Source of the DNA: the human T2T-CHM13v2.0 reference genome, Homo sapiens
Length of the DNA: 64,000 bases
Direction: 5' to 3' (one strand)
Assembly (NCBI RefSeq): GCF_009914755.1
Contig: NC_060928.1
Numbering within the stretch: position 1 is the stretch's first letter; every line of letters starts with the position of its first letter. The notes under the pieces were generated by a model. It did no database searches and was not told where the DNA came from. It saw nothing but the letters and a program-made list of their open reading frames with translations. A program made the translations under genes and the position numbers. Of the stretch, positions 32,830-49,054 are shown one piece after another.

Positions 32830-33735
32830 TTAATCACCCACCACTCTCTACGTTACCTCCCACATCCTCTGAACCCACTTTAATTTGGTTCCAACCTTCC
32901 ACCACTGAAATAGGATTCCTCCCTCAAGGGTCACCGATGATGTTTTAAATATAAAGTTCTCTTTTTAGTAATTCTCCTTAACCTCTCTACAATGCTTGGG
33001 ACTGTTGGCCACCTTCTCTTTCTTGAATCTCTTCTATGTGTCTAATTACTGCTATGTATCTTGCATGATTCTTCTCTGTATTTGATCACTCTTTCTCATT
33101 TCACTTTACTACACCTACTGCTCTCTAAATATTGGCATTTTTCTGGCTTCCATCCTTGGTCCATTTCCTTTCATACCTTGTTTTTTGAGTGATCTCCTTC
33201 TCAGTGATGAATGCAAGGCTGACCTTCCTACCAAGATATAGATTCCTATTTCCAAATGGAAAAGGCTTCTGAATATGTTCACTTAGATGCTCTGCAGATT
33301 TCTCAAGACTAATATACACCAAACTAAACTAATATATTTTTCTCTTATATGCCTACTTTTAGCCGACTAGGTATTACCAGTTTTATATATGACTTCTATT
33401 CAGTTTCCAACCTGGAGACCTTAGGTTTCGTTTTACTCCCATTCTCTTTCTACCTTCCCCCTGCCCAATCTAATCTGTCACAGAGCCTCATGGGTTTACC
33501 TTCACAGTGTTCCTCAGATAATTCCTTCATTGCTGCTTCTACTCTTTCTGATCCCTGATCAGATCATCATTTTTCATCTAGTCCCTAAATCACCTTCAGA
33601 TTTCCCCCATATTCAAGTCTTCCTCATTCCACCTTAACATTGCCATAATCCTCCTTCAAAAATATATGGTTGATGGTAATTTTTCCATTTTATAAATTCT
33701 TCAAAATCTTTCAAAGACTGTAAAATAAAATAGAA
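32830..33735 (+). mobile_element. L2 fragment (RT-region remnant)
   Basis: ccaccactgaaa...tcaagggtcaccgatga; ccttaacctctctacaatgcttgggactgttggccaccttctctttcttgaa. Confidence 0.75.
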
Positions 33736-33754
33736 CAAGGAAAAAGATGAAGGG

Positions 33755-34162
33755 ACTATGGTGAGCTGGAGCCAGCTCCTAGCAGCTCTCTAGGGCAAAG
33801 AATGTTTTAGTTTGCTATTCTGTCAATACTTTAGTTCCTCTGTTTCTTCTGTGCTTTGCATAAGGTATAGATTTTACAGCCATTCAGATCTGCAATTATA
33901 TTAATTCCTGGCATGGACTTTTTCAAAGATTAGGCAATCCAACTAATAATGCTTTTTTCACTGACTATAAACTTCTCCAAATATTACAACAGATAATTCA
34001 TAAAATTGGCATTTCTAAATTTGGAGACTTATTAGCACTCTCTCAACAACTTTATAGCAGGATTTTTTAAAAAATGATCTTAATTTTGCCTCCATCTTAC
34101 ACCACAATGAAATTTTGATAGCTTAGAATCAGTGTGATTTTTTTCAGCATGCTCTATCACTG
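33755..34162. mobile_element. Possible MER63/Blackjack-family hAT remnant
   Basis: tggtgagctggagccagctcctagcagctctc resembles a MER63 end; other end cagcatgctctatcactg. Confidence 0.4.
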
Positions 34163-34653
34163 ATGTTAAAAATTTGTTTCATAAGTAGGCCATTTGAAGC
34201 CCTCTGAAGAAATCAGAGAACAGTCAGATTCCTACATTCTAAGCCATTCTGAATTATACAGCTGAACCCAAGACAGGGTCATTTCCCCAGGGTGCCTCTG
34301 AACCAAGAAAAACAAATACTTCAAGGAGCAAAACATAAATTTCTAGTGTTTACATCTAATTCAAGCTCTAGAGTTGCATCTTCAAACTTGATTACACCTT
34401 GGACCTTAGTTGAGCTGTAGCTGGACTTGAGCTTTTAATAAATCATTCTAGTATTAGTCATAGCACAATACTCAAATTCTCTCTCTGCCTTAGAAATTGT
34501 AGTTTACAAATCCTTGACCTTTATTTAATTCTGAAATATTCTTTCTTTTTTTTTTTAATGCCACATCCTCTAGTCAGAATACAAGATATTTTGGAATTTA
34601 AGAAACACAGTTATCTTGATACTAGAGCAGCATTTAGAAAATAAACCATTCTT

Positions 34654-35704
34654 GGTGGAGCCAAGATGGCTGAATAGGAACAGCTCCGGTCTACAGCTCC
34701 CAGCATGAGTGATGCAGAAGACGGGTGATTTCTGCATTTCCATCTGAGGTACCGGGTTCATCTCACTAGGGAGTGCCAGACAGTGGGTACAGGACAGTGG
34801 GTGCAGGACAGTGGGTGCAGTGCACCATGCGTGAGCCGAAGCAGGGCGAGGCATTGCCTCACTCGGGAAGCACAAGGGGTCAGGGAGTTCCGTTTCCTAG
34901 TCAAAGAAAGGGGTGACAGACGGCACCTGGAAAATCGGGTCACTCCCACCCTAATACTGCACTTTTCCAACGGGCTTAAAAAACGGCACACCAGGAGATT
35001 ATATCCGCACCTGGCTTGGAGGGTCCTATGCCCACGGAGTATCGCTGATTGCTAGCACAGCACTCTGAGATCAAACTGCAAGGTGTCAGCGAGGCTGGGG
35101 GAGGGGCGCCTGCCATTGCCCAGGCTTGATTAGGTAAACAAAGCAGCCTGGAAGCTCGAACTGGGTGGAGCCCCACCACAGCTCAAGGAGGCCTGCCTGC
35201 CTCTGTAGGCTCCACCTCTGGGGGTAGGGCACAAACAAAAAGACAGCAGTAACCTCTGCAGACTTAAATGTCCCTGTCTGACAGCTTTGAAGAGTAGTGG
35301 TTTTCCCAGCAGGCAGCTGGAGATGTGAGAACAGGGAGATTGCCTCCTCAAGTGGGTCCTTGACCCCCGAGCAACCTAACTGGGAGGCATCCCCCAGTAG
35401 GGGCAGACTGACACCTCACATGGCCAGGTACTCCTCTGAGACAAAACTTCCAGAGGAACGATCAGACAGCAGCATTTGCAGTTCGCCAAGATCCGCTGTT
35501 CTACAGCCACCGCTGTACTGCAGCCACTGCTGCTGATACCCAGGCAAACAGGGTCTGGAGTGGACCTCTAGCAAATTCCAACAGACCTGCAGCTGAGGGT
35601 CCAGTCTGTTAGAAGGAAAACTAACAAACAGAAAGGACATCCACACCAAAAACCCATCTGTACATCACCATCATCAAAGACCAAAAGTAGATAAAACCAT
35701 AAAG
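34654..35704 (+). promoter_or_regulatory. L1 5'UTR internal sense promoter and antisense promoter; YY1 core at ~34662-34670
   Basis: caagatggc at the element start; locally CpG-richer sequence; established L1 5'UTR architecture. Confidence 0.8.
34758..35116 (-). pseudogene. L1 ORF0 remnant, frameshifted
   Basis: MAGAPPPASLTPCSLISECCASNQR from ATG at 35116; continuation RFLSPLEKCSIRVGVTRFSRCRLSPLSLTRK is in another frame. Confidence 0.8.
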
Positions 35705-36719
35705 CTGGGGAAAAAACAGAGCAGAAAAAATGGAAACTCTAAAAAGCAGAGTGCCTCTCCTCCTCCAAAGGAACAGAGCTCCTCACCAGCAACGGAACAA
35801 AGCTAGACGGAGAGTGACTTTGATGAGTTGAGAGAAGAAGGCTTCAGACGATCAAATTACTGCGAGCTACAGGAGGAAATTCAAACCAATGGCAAAGAAG
35901 TTAAAACCTGTGAAAAAAAATTAGACAAATGGAAAACTAGAATAACCAATGCAGAGAAGTCCTTAAAGGAGCTGATGGAGCTGAAAGCCAGGCTCGAGAA
36001 CTACGTGAGGAATGCAGAAGCCTCAGGAGCCGATGCGACCAACTGGAAGAAAGGGTATCAGTGATGGAAGATGAAATGAATGAAACGAAGCGAGAAGGGA
36101 AGTTTAGAGAAAAAAGAATAAAAGGAAATGAACAAAGCCTCCAAGAAATATGGGACTATGTGAAAGACCAAATCTACATCTGATTGGTGTACCTGAAAGT
36201 GACGGGGAGAATGGAACCAAGTTGGAAAACACTCTGCAGGATATTTTCCAGGAGAACTTCCCCAATCTAGCAAGGCAGGCCAACATTCAGATTCAGGAAA
36301 TACAGAGAACGCCACAAAGATACTCCTCAAGAAGAGCAACTCCAAGACACATAATTGTCAGATTCAGCAAAGTTGAAATGAAGGAGAAAATGTTAAGGGC
36401 AGCTAGAGAGAAAGGTCGGGTTACCCACAAAGGGAAGCCCATCAGACTAACAGCAGACCTCTTGGCAGAAATTCTACAAGCCAGAAGAGAGTGGGGGCCA
36501 ATATTCAACATTCTTAAAGAAAAGAATTTTCAACCCAGAATTTCATATCCAGCCAAACTAAGCTTCATAAGTGAAGGAGAAATAAAATCCTTTACAGACA
36601 AGCAAATGCTAAGAGATTTTGTCACCACCAGGCCTGCCCTAAAAGAGCTTCTGAAGGAAGCACTAAACATGGAAAGGAACAACCGGTACCAGCCACTGCA
36701 AAAACATGCCAAAATGTAA
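35705..36719 (+). pseudogene. L1 ORF1p, disrupted (ATG to CTG, stops and frameshifts); C-terminal RRM/CTD part open at 36150-36719
   Basis: aaagCTGgggaaaaaacagagc; RPNLHLIGVPE, REKG, YPAKLS motifs. Confidence 0.95.
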
Positions 36720-36782
36720 AGACCATCAAGGCTAGGAAGAAACTGCATCAACTAATGTGCAAAATAACCAGCTGACATCATA

Positions 36783-40593
<3,811 letters not shown>

Positions 40594-41059
40594 ACAATGA
40601 GAACACATGGACACAGGAAGGGGAACATCACACTCCGGGGACTGTGGTGGGGTGGGGGGAGGGGGGAGGGATAGCATTAGGAGATATACCTAATGCTAAA
40701 TGACGAGTTAATGGCTGCAGCACACCAGCATGGCACATGTATACATATGTAACAAACCTGCACATTGTGCACATGTACCTTAAAACTTAAAGTATAATAA
40801 TAATAAAATTTAAAAAATAAAATAAAAATAAATAAACCATTCTTAGCATAAAATCTGTTAGCAAAGATCCTGCTATTCACTACGTTGAATAAAATGCTAG
40901 TAATAAAATCACTATTTAAATTTGCTTACACATGGAGAGATGATATGGCAAAATTATAGCTGGGATATTTAGATTTTATGAGAAAATTCAAGGAGGCTCA
41001 GAGATTCTAGATAAGCATATTAGAATTTCTGAGAAATTTGAGGAGCTATTTTTCTTTCA

Positions 41060-41330
41060 TTTACCTTTTATTCTATTTAAGGAAGGCAAAAAATGCATAA
41101 TAGATACAATGCATGAGTAAAGCAAATACTATGTTAGATTCAGATGAGTGATATGGGAAAAAAGGAGACTAGAACAGAGGAATGAGATGAGGCAACAGGA
41201 CGGGGCAAGAGTGAATTTTCAATAGGATGGTTAGGTTGAGTCCCAGTAAGAAGGGAACATTTAAACAAATATTTGACAGAGATCAAAGTGTCAGGCAAAC
41301 AGAACCCAAGGAAAAAAAGTCTAAAAATGT
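41060..41330 (-). mobile_element. L2 fragment
   Basis: aataggatggttaggttgagtcccagtaagaagggaacatttaaacaaatatttga. Confidence 0.55.
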
Positions 41331-41374
41331 TTAAACCCAATGAATCAGTCCATTGAATTTAAACAGTGCCTGAG

Positions 41375-41382
41375 TTTTTTTT

Positions 41383-41416
<34 letters not shown>

Positions 41417-41709
41417 AGACCGGGTCCCGCTCAGTCGCCCAGGCTGGCTGGAGTGCAGTGGTGCAATCTCAGCTCACTGACACCTCTGCTTCCTGGGCTC
41501 AAGCCATTCTCCTGCCTCAGCCTACCGAATAGCTGGGATTGCAGGTGCTCATCACCATGACCGGCTAATTTTTTTGTGTGTTTTTAGTAGAAACGGGGTT
41601 TCACCACGTTGGCCAGGCTGGTCTTGAACTCCTGACCTCAGGCGGGCGATCCGCCCGCCTCGGCCTCCCGAAGTGCTGGCATTACAGGCGTGAGCCACCG
41701 TGCCCAGCC
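41375..41709 (-). mobile_element. AluS-like with long poly(A)
   Basis: Long T tract then gagaccgggtcccgctc...gtgagccaccgtgcccagcc; TSD-like cagtgcctga / cagtgtctgt. Confidence 0.95.
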
Positions 41710-41924
41710 CAGTGTCTGTTTTCTTTAACTCCTTTACTCTCTGAAATCAGGGCTGATTAGGCAGGTTGTAGTAGTAACTCTCCTTCAGCCCTGGCTATGA
41801 CACAGGGGTGACTACCCTGTCCCTGGATTCTAGAACTTTAAAAAATAGACATATCTAATTATGCTAAGTCAAAGTCTCATGGATAGGAACTCAGGCCTCC
41901 CTATTTATTATTTTTTAGAAAAAT

Positions 41925-44784
41925 TATGTGTATAATTTTAATTTGATTTACTTATTTATTTGTGGAATTTTGTTACATGGTTATATTGTATAGTGGTGAA
42001 ATCTATCTAGGCTTTTAATGTAACCACCATCTGAATAATGTACGTTGTAGCCATTAAGTAATTTCTCATCCATCTTCCTCCTCACACCCTCCCACCCTTC
42101 CAAGTCTCCAATATGTATTATTTCACACTCTATGTCCATGTATGCACATTATTTAGCTCTCCTTTACAAGTGAGAATATGTGGTATTTGAATGTGTGTGT
42201 GTATATATATATATATACACACACACAGATACACACACACACACATATATATGACATATATATATGTCCATTTTCCAATGATGAATACTTCGGTTGATTT
42301 CAAATATTCGCTGTTGTGAATAGCACTGTGATAAACATATAAGTGCAGGGTTTTTTTATATAATGATTTATTTTCTTTTGGGTAGATACTCAGTAGTGGG
42401 GTTGCTAGATCAAATAGTAGTTACATTTTAGTTATTTGAGAATTCTATCTACTGTTTTCCATAGAGTTTATACTATTAATAATTTACACTCCTACTAATA
42501 GTGTATAAGCATTCCTTTTTCTCTGCATTCTCATCAACATCTGTTATTGTCTTTTTAATAATAGCTATTCTGACAGTTATATTTCATTGTCATTTTAATT
42601 TGCATTTATCTGATGCTTGGTGATATTGACCACTTTTTTATATGCTTTTTGGCTATTTGTATGTCTTCTGAAAAATATCTATTCATGTCATTTTTCTACA
42701 TTTTAATGGGGCTATTTATTTTTGTTGTTGTTGAGTTCCTTGTAAATTCTGGGTATCTGTCCTCTGTCAAATGTAGTTTTCAAATATTTTCTCCTTTTCT
42801 GTAGGCTGTCTCTTGATGATTCCTTTTGCAGTGCAGAAGCTTTTTAGTTTAAAGTCCCATTTTGACTATTTTGTTTTTGTTGCTTGTGCCTTTGAGGTCT
42901 TAGTCGTGAATTCTTTGCCTAGAATTCATGACCAGAAGCATTTTTTCCTAACTTTTCTTCCAATATTTATATAGTTTCGGGTCTTATATTTAAGTCTTTA
43001 ATCCATCTTCAGTTGATTTTTGTATATGGTGAGAGATAGAAGTCCAGTTTCATTCTTCTGCATATGGCTATCCAATTTTCCCAGTACCATTTAGTAAATA
43101 AGGTGCCCTTTCCCCAGTGTATGTTTTTGCCATCTTTGTCAATGATCAGTTGGCTGTAGATATGCAGCTTTATTTCTGGGTTCTCTAACCTGTTTCATTG
43201 ATCTATGTGACTATTTTTTTACCAGTATCATCCTGTTTTGGTTATTATAGCCTTGTGATATAATTTGAGGTCAGGTAATGTGATGCCTCCAGCTTTATTC
43301 TTTTGCTAAAGTTGCTTTAGCTACTTGAGCTCTTTTTGGGTTCCATATAAATTTTAGGATTTTTTTTTTCTAATTCCGTTAAGAATGGCATTGGTATATT
43401 GATGCGGATAACATTGAATCTGTAGATTGCTTTAGGTGGTATGGTCATCTTAACAATATTAATTCTTCTGATCCATGAGCATGAGATGTTTCTCCATTTG
43501 TTTGTGTCGTCTACAATTTATTTCATCAGCATTCTGTAGTTCTCCTTGTTGAGATGTTTTACTTCCTTGTTTAAATATATTCCTAGGTGTTTTATTATTT
43601 TTGTAGCTATCATAAATGAGATTGTCTTCTTAACTTGGTTCTTGTTTGGTTATTGGTGTATAGAAATGCTATGGATTTAGGTATGTTGATTTTATATCCT
43701 GAAACTTTACTATACTTATCAAATCTAAGAGTTTTTAAAGGAGTCTTTAGGGTTTTCTAGGTATAAGAGTATATCATCTGTGAACAGAGATAATTCAACT
43801 TCCTCTTTTCCAATTTGGATGCCTTTTATTTCTTTCTCTTGCCTGACTGCTCTGGTTAGGGTACTATGTTGAATAAGAGTGGTAAAAGTAGACATATTTG
43901 TCTTGTTACAGTTCTTAGGAGCACTGCTTTCAACTTTTCCCCATTCAATATGATGTTGGCTGTAGGTTTGTCGTATATGGCCTTTATTATTTTGATTTAT
44001 ATTCTCTCTGTGCTTAGTCTGCTGACGGTTTTTATCATGAAAGAATGCTAAATTTTGTCAAATTCTTTTTGTATGTATAGAGATGATTGTATAGTTTTAA
44101 TTCTTACTTCTGTTTATGTGATGAATCATGTTTATTGATTTGCAAAGGTTGAAATATCCTTGTATCCCTGGCATAAAACAAAACTGATAAACCTCTAGCT
44201 AGACCAACCAAAGAAAGGAGAAGGAAGATCCAAACACAATCAGAAGAAATGAAAGAGGAGACATGACAACTGATACCACAACTAATACTACAAAAGATCA
44301 TGAGAGACTACTATGAACAACTCTACACACACAAGCTAGAAAACCTAGAGGGGAGCTGGATACATTCCTGGAAACATGCAACCTCCCAAGATTGAACTGG
44401 GAAGAAATGGAAATCTTGAATAAACTAATAATGAGTAGTGAGATTGAATCAGCAAAAAGAAAATCTACCAATCACCCCTGCCCCCCAAAAAATCCCAGAA
44501 CCAGGTGGATTGACAGCCAAATTCTACCAAACCTATAAAGAAGAACTGGTACCCATCCTCCTAAAAACTATTCCAAAAAATTGAAGAGAAAGGAATCCTA
44601 CCTAACTCATTCCATGAAGCCAGTATCATTCTGATACCAAAGCCAGATAAGGACAAAGCAACAAAAGAAAACTATAGCCCAATATCCCTGATGTATATAG
44701 ATACAGAACTTCTCAACAAAATACTAGCAAACTGGATCTAACAGTACATCAAAAAGATAATACACTACGATCAAGTGGGTTTAT
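41925..44784 (-). mobile_element. L1PB-type LINE-1 with 5' inversion (41925-44179 on minus, ~44180-44784 on plus)
   Basis: L1PB-like 3'UTR antisense (ttgttacatggttatattgtatagtggtgaa); plus arm ends gatcaagtgggttt, where the minus arm begins gttttatgccagggatacaagg. Confidence 0.9.
42192..42268. repeat. Compound (TG)(AT)(CA) microsatellite forming perfect palindromes
   Basis: tgtgtgtgtgt atatatatatatat acacacacaca (36 bp) and gacatatatatatgtc (16 bp). Confidence 0.95.
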
Positions 44785-45249
44785 TTTATGTTTCTCTATT
44801 TAAAATCTTCCTTGTGATTCTGATGCATAGTAGGGGAAAACTGTTCATTCCCCTCACCATGAAGGCTTCAGGGCTGGAGGAGGAGAAAAAAATAAACGAA
44901 TCCAAGTTTGTTGAGGGCCTACTATGAACTAGCTACTATACTGAGCACATTCCAGTTCTCATTTAGGACTTCTTTAGGATAAAACATGAATTATGATCGG
45001 CAATTTTCTTAATTCTTAAAAAAGAATTGTCTACATTTTAAATTCAAGTAAATTTTTTTGTCCAGTATTTTTCAAAAATATTTTTAATATTTGTTTCTTG
45101 GATTATTTTCATAATATTTGTTTTCCTAATGATGCTTCTCAATTTTATTTAGAAATGAGATATCTGAGTGAATAGAGTGTTATTAATTAGTGCTTATGAG
45201 TATATTGTTGAAGTTGAGGTTGAAGACCTTTTACATTACCAAATAGAAG

Positions 45250-45910
45250 TAGTATGTCTAATGGTTAGGTGTTGGGATTTGAAGATAATACCTTGGGCCT
45301 GCATCCTGGGAAGCTGTGTGAACTTAGGAAATTAATTTAATTTTTCTAAGCCTGAGCTTATCTTTCTGTAAAATGGAGATGTCTTACTTTGAGTTTTCTC
45401 AGAAGCTGACTTCGACACAGGAATTTGAGTGCAAGTATTTTATATGAAAAGTAACAACAACAACAACAAAAACCAGTATGAATGAGTGAAAGTGAGACAA
45501 AAAAAGAAAGGTAGCCAATAAAATGTGTTTTAATGGGCAGTTGACATGTAAGCCCTGGAAATTAATCCACTGGGGGAATTTTGTGAGTCAGTACAGTAGT
45601 AGAGTTACCTCACAGTGGAAAAGGCAGAAGAGGGGAATACCAACTCTTCTCAGTCTTTGGAAGAAGTCTGCAGTAATTCCCTGCTAGCCTACTAGTCAAC
45701 CACACAAGCTGGTACTGTGGGATTCAGCAGCCAGAGAAAGCTCTTGGGTAAGGGTTAAAGTTGCAGGCAATTGTAATTTGGACAGTGTATACCGAAGTGG
45801 TAAAGGGAAGGGAATGCAGTTGGGACACCAGTAACCCTTATTTCATAGGGTTAGTGCGAAAACAGAATGAAGCAATGCATAGCAAACACTTAAAACATAG
45901 TGACTACTTA
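45250..45910 (+). mobile_element. MIR split by an LTR33-like LTR
   Basis: ttctgtaaaatggaga (to ~45379) resumes at ccttatttcatagggttagtgcga (~45836). Confidence 0.75.
45380..45835 (-). mobile_element. LTR33-like ERVL solo LTR
   Basis: tgtcttactttgagttttctcagaagctgac...ggaatttgagtgcaagtattttat...gtgagaca...agccaataaa. Confidence 0.75.
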
Positions 45911-48379
45911 ATGCATCCATCCCTCAACCTGACTGCTTATAAATCTTCAGTACTCATTTTCTTAAATAGCTAGTGCCCACTTGAATATACTCATTAACCC
46001 TAATTTAAATATCTTTATAATACAATAAATAAATAATTTAAAATATAATCTTTAAAAATTAAATAATAAGACTATTATCATAATTATAATCGATTTCTGG
46101 TGGCATATTAAAGTGACAATATAGTTAGGAAAATTGCTACATCTTTTTGTTTTCGGTACTTTCTAAGCCCTGGCTGTTTAGGAAAATTAAAAATAAAATA
46201 TGCCATGTTCTTGCTACTGTCATACAGCAAAGTCAATATAGCAGCAAAAGAATAAGCTGTGTTCCATTCTGTATCATATATCAACAAAATTGCCCCCTGA
46301 GTTCAGATACGCTATTATTTGAGATAGTTGATGACATATGGGCTGACAATACAGCTGGATTCCCAGGTTACAGTTCAGTTTATGGCAAATCATAGTTTGA
46401 TTTGTAAGGAGAAGTAAAATGATATGAAAGGTATTGATAGGAATATCTAGCAGCAAGACACTATTTTAACTGTCCATCTTGGGCTATCGAGAGTTTCAAA
46501 AGACATTATTTGATCTTTTATTGCTTGACAAAGCTCTAGAAGCAAAGAATAGCAGTGTTTCTTTCAATCCATTGATAAGACATATAACACCTGAAGGCCA
46601 AGCTGTTAGGGAGACAGTGTGGATTTTATGACATGGCTATCTTGTTTTTTATTATTATGATGATGAAGATTATTGGTATTATTGGCAGCAGTCTTGCTTT
46701 ACATGCCCAAAATATGGAAACCGTTTATCTGGTCTATGTACAAGTTAAGTGAAGGTTTCAACAGAGCTTTAAGAAAGCTTCTATATTACCTGTTTTCTGT
46801 ATCTAAGCAGTGAGACTAATTTTGAAAGCTCTCAGATCTCTGCATCATCTTCTCCTCGGAGTGAGGTTTCCTAATACACATTTCTAGAGATGGAATTGAA
46901 TTTCTTTAATCCATATGAGAATTTTTACTATTTCTATTCCATCCTTTTTTGCTTCCCCACTAAACCTTTTCAAAAGAAATTGGTAATAGTATTAAGTATT
47001 TGTTGGACATCAGTGGATATCTGTTCATGTTTGCAGGAAAGAGGAAGAACAAAGTACAGGAAATTAGGTTCCTTCATTCTGTGATTCTTTCTAGGAAGTG
47101 AATTAAATGCACCAAGGTGGAACTAGAAAGGTGTTTGTCCCCATTCAAAGCCGAATTCCTATAATATTCTGGAAACAACTTCAACATGAAAGCAGCTAGC
47201 TACGTGCGTAAAGTTGGGTTTAAAATGCTTGCAAGATCTTTGTAAAGATAGCTGTTACATTTAGTCACATGAATCCTGAATGGAATTAAGGCATTTAAGA
47301 AAGTTCAGAAAAGTGTTTGAAGATTGATCTTTTGTGTTCCTAAGATGAGCATAGGGAAAGACAAAGTGTTTTATTAACAAAGGCCACATGTACAAATTTG
47401 ATGATAATATGAGAAAAACACCTCCTGTTTTATATCATTAAACAGATGTTCTAAATAAGTTGTTGCTATGCATTTTTAAAGAGATATAAATGTTAAAAAT
47501 AAATATACAGTTTATTTTAGTTTATTTTTAATGAAAATAACTGCCCATTAAGATCAGATTTGAATGTCCAAAGACAAATCTTTTGCGTATTTAGCCTCAG
47601 GTTAACGTACTATGCATACTTGTTTTCATCTATATTTAATCCAGGGCCTCAGCTTCTTTCTCCTCATCTCATTTACTTGTGCAATACAAACCTAGAATGC
47701 TTCACCGATGTATGATGTATTAGGGGTTTCATGTATAAAAAGCATCAACAAATACAGTTATGCTCTTTAATCTGTCGATTTTTAAGTAAGGAAGTAACAT
47801 AATGAAATTTGTTTCACAGCTATAACTCTCATGATCAAGTATACTGTGGTTGGTGGCTGGGAGTAAAGGGGCTTTACTCCCTTTTCAGAAGCTAAAAGGA
47901 GGTTCTAAAGTCCTTCTAGGGACTTGTAAAGTCCACAGCTGAATTTATTGCTTGAATTCGGGTAATATAGGTGAAAACAGAGAAGCATGGGTGGATTTAA
48001 ATACTATTTTTGTTCTATAATTGATAGGTTTTGGTGGCTGACTTACTTTAATGAGAAAGATAACTCATTTATGTTTCCATTTCTCTAGTGTGAACAAGAA
48101 ATTGTACATCACAGAGATTATAAAATTCCCTTTCGTAGACACTTCAGAGGAAAAGTAATAGGGCACCATATTCAAATCTTAGTGCTTCTTGAGTCATGAT
48201 AGGTATCAAGTAACATTATTCATGAGATACATGAGATCAGTGGTTATTGTTGTCTTTGTGAATAGTGTTGCCAGTAATAATTAACATAACTTAGGGCTTT
48301 ATGGTTTGTAACATGCTTTAATGTATATTATCTCACCCGACATATGCTTTGTAGTCACACAAATATGCCCACTTCTCTC

Positions 48380-48800
48380 TTACACATTGTATTGTTCAAG
48401 CTGTTCTTTTTGCTGGGAATACCTCGACTGTTCTCTTTTCTTGCTTAATCTACTTATCTGTAAGTCTTGGCTTAAATGTCACTTCCTCATGAACACTTTT
48501 CATTTTCTCCCAATCTCAATTATGTCCACGTATACCCCATATATAGGTTGGTGTAAAAGTAATTGCATTTTTTTTGCCATTACTTTTAATTCCCTTAAAA
48601 CTTCCACCATTGCTTGTAATTATATGTTTATATATGTGATGCTACTGTTAATGGCCTTCTTCTTTACTCTGTGAGATTCATGAGGGGAGGCCTTAACTGT
48701 TTTTTTCACCACTGTATCACCAGGCTTGACCACAATGTCTGGCTCAGAGTAGAAGGTAAATAAGTTTAAAATGAAAAAAAAAAAAAAAAGAATGAAGGGA
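48380..48800 (+). mobile_element. L2 3' end
   Basis: cttggcttaaatgtcacttcctca; tgtgagattcatgaggggagg; caccactgtatcaccagg...tgtctggctcagagtag. Confidence 0.8.
48544..48590. mobile_element. MADE1 (Hsmar1-derived MITE), one arm only
   Basis: taggttggtgtaaaagtaattgcattttttttgccattacttttaat; second TIR absent. Confidence 0.85.
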
Positions 48801-49054
48801 AATAATCATTAAAAGATTTCCATTTGCATACAGAAGACATACTTTACTTCTTTCACTATGTTTGACTTCAGTTGCTCTGAAGTCTTTGTGTTATTATTGT
48901 GAATATTAGATTGTAGGTCCATTTTTCTTGGTCCACTGGAGCCTGAATCCCGTGGAGTTTATTCATGTTCCACTCATCTTTGCACCTTCATCCCCTTAAC
49001 CAAGGACCTAGAATGGAGTAGGTACACAATTTTTCTGACTGAGTCATTGCGACC

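Noticed and set aside
40645-40671. G-quadruplex-forming tract
   Set aside because: Standard polypurine tract of the L1PA 3'UTR; not locus-specific
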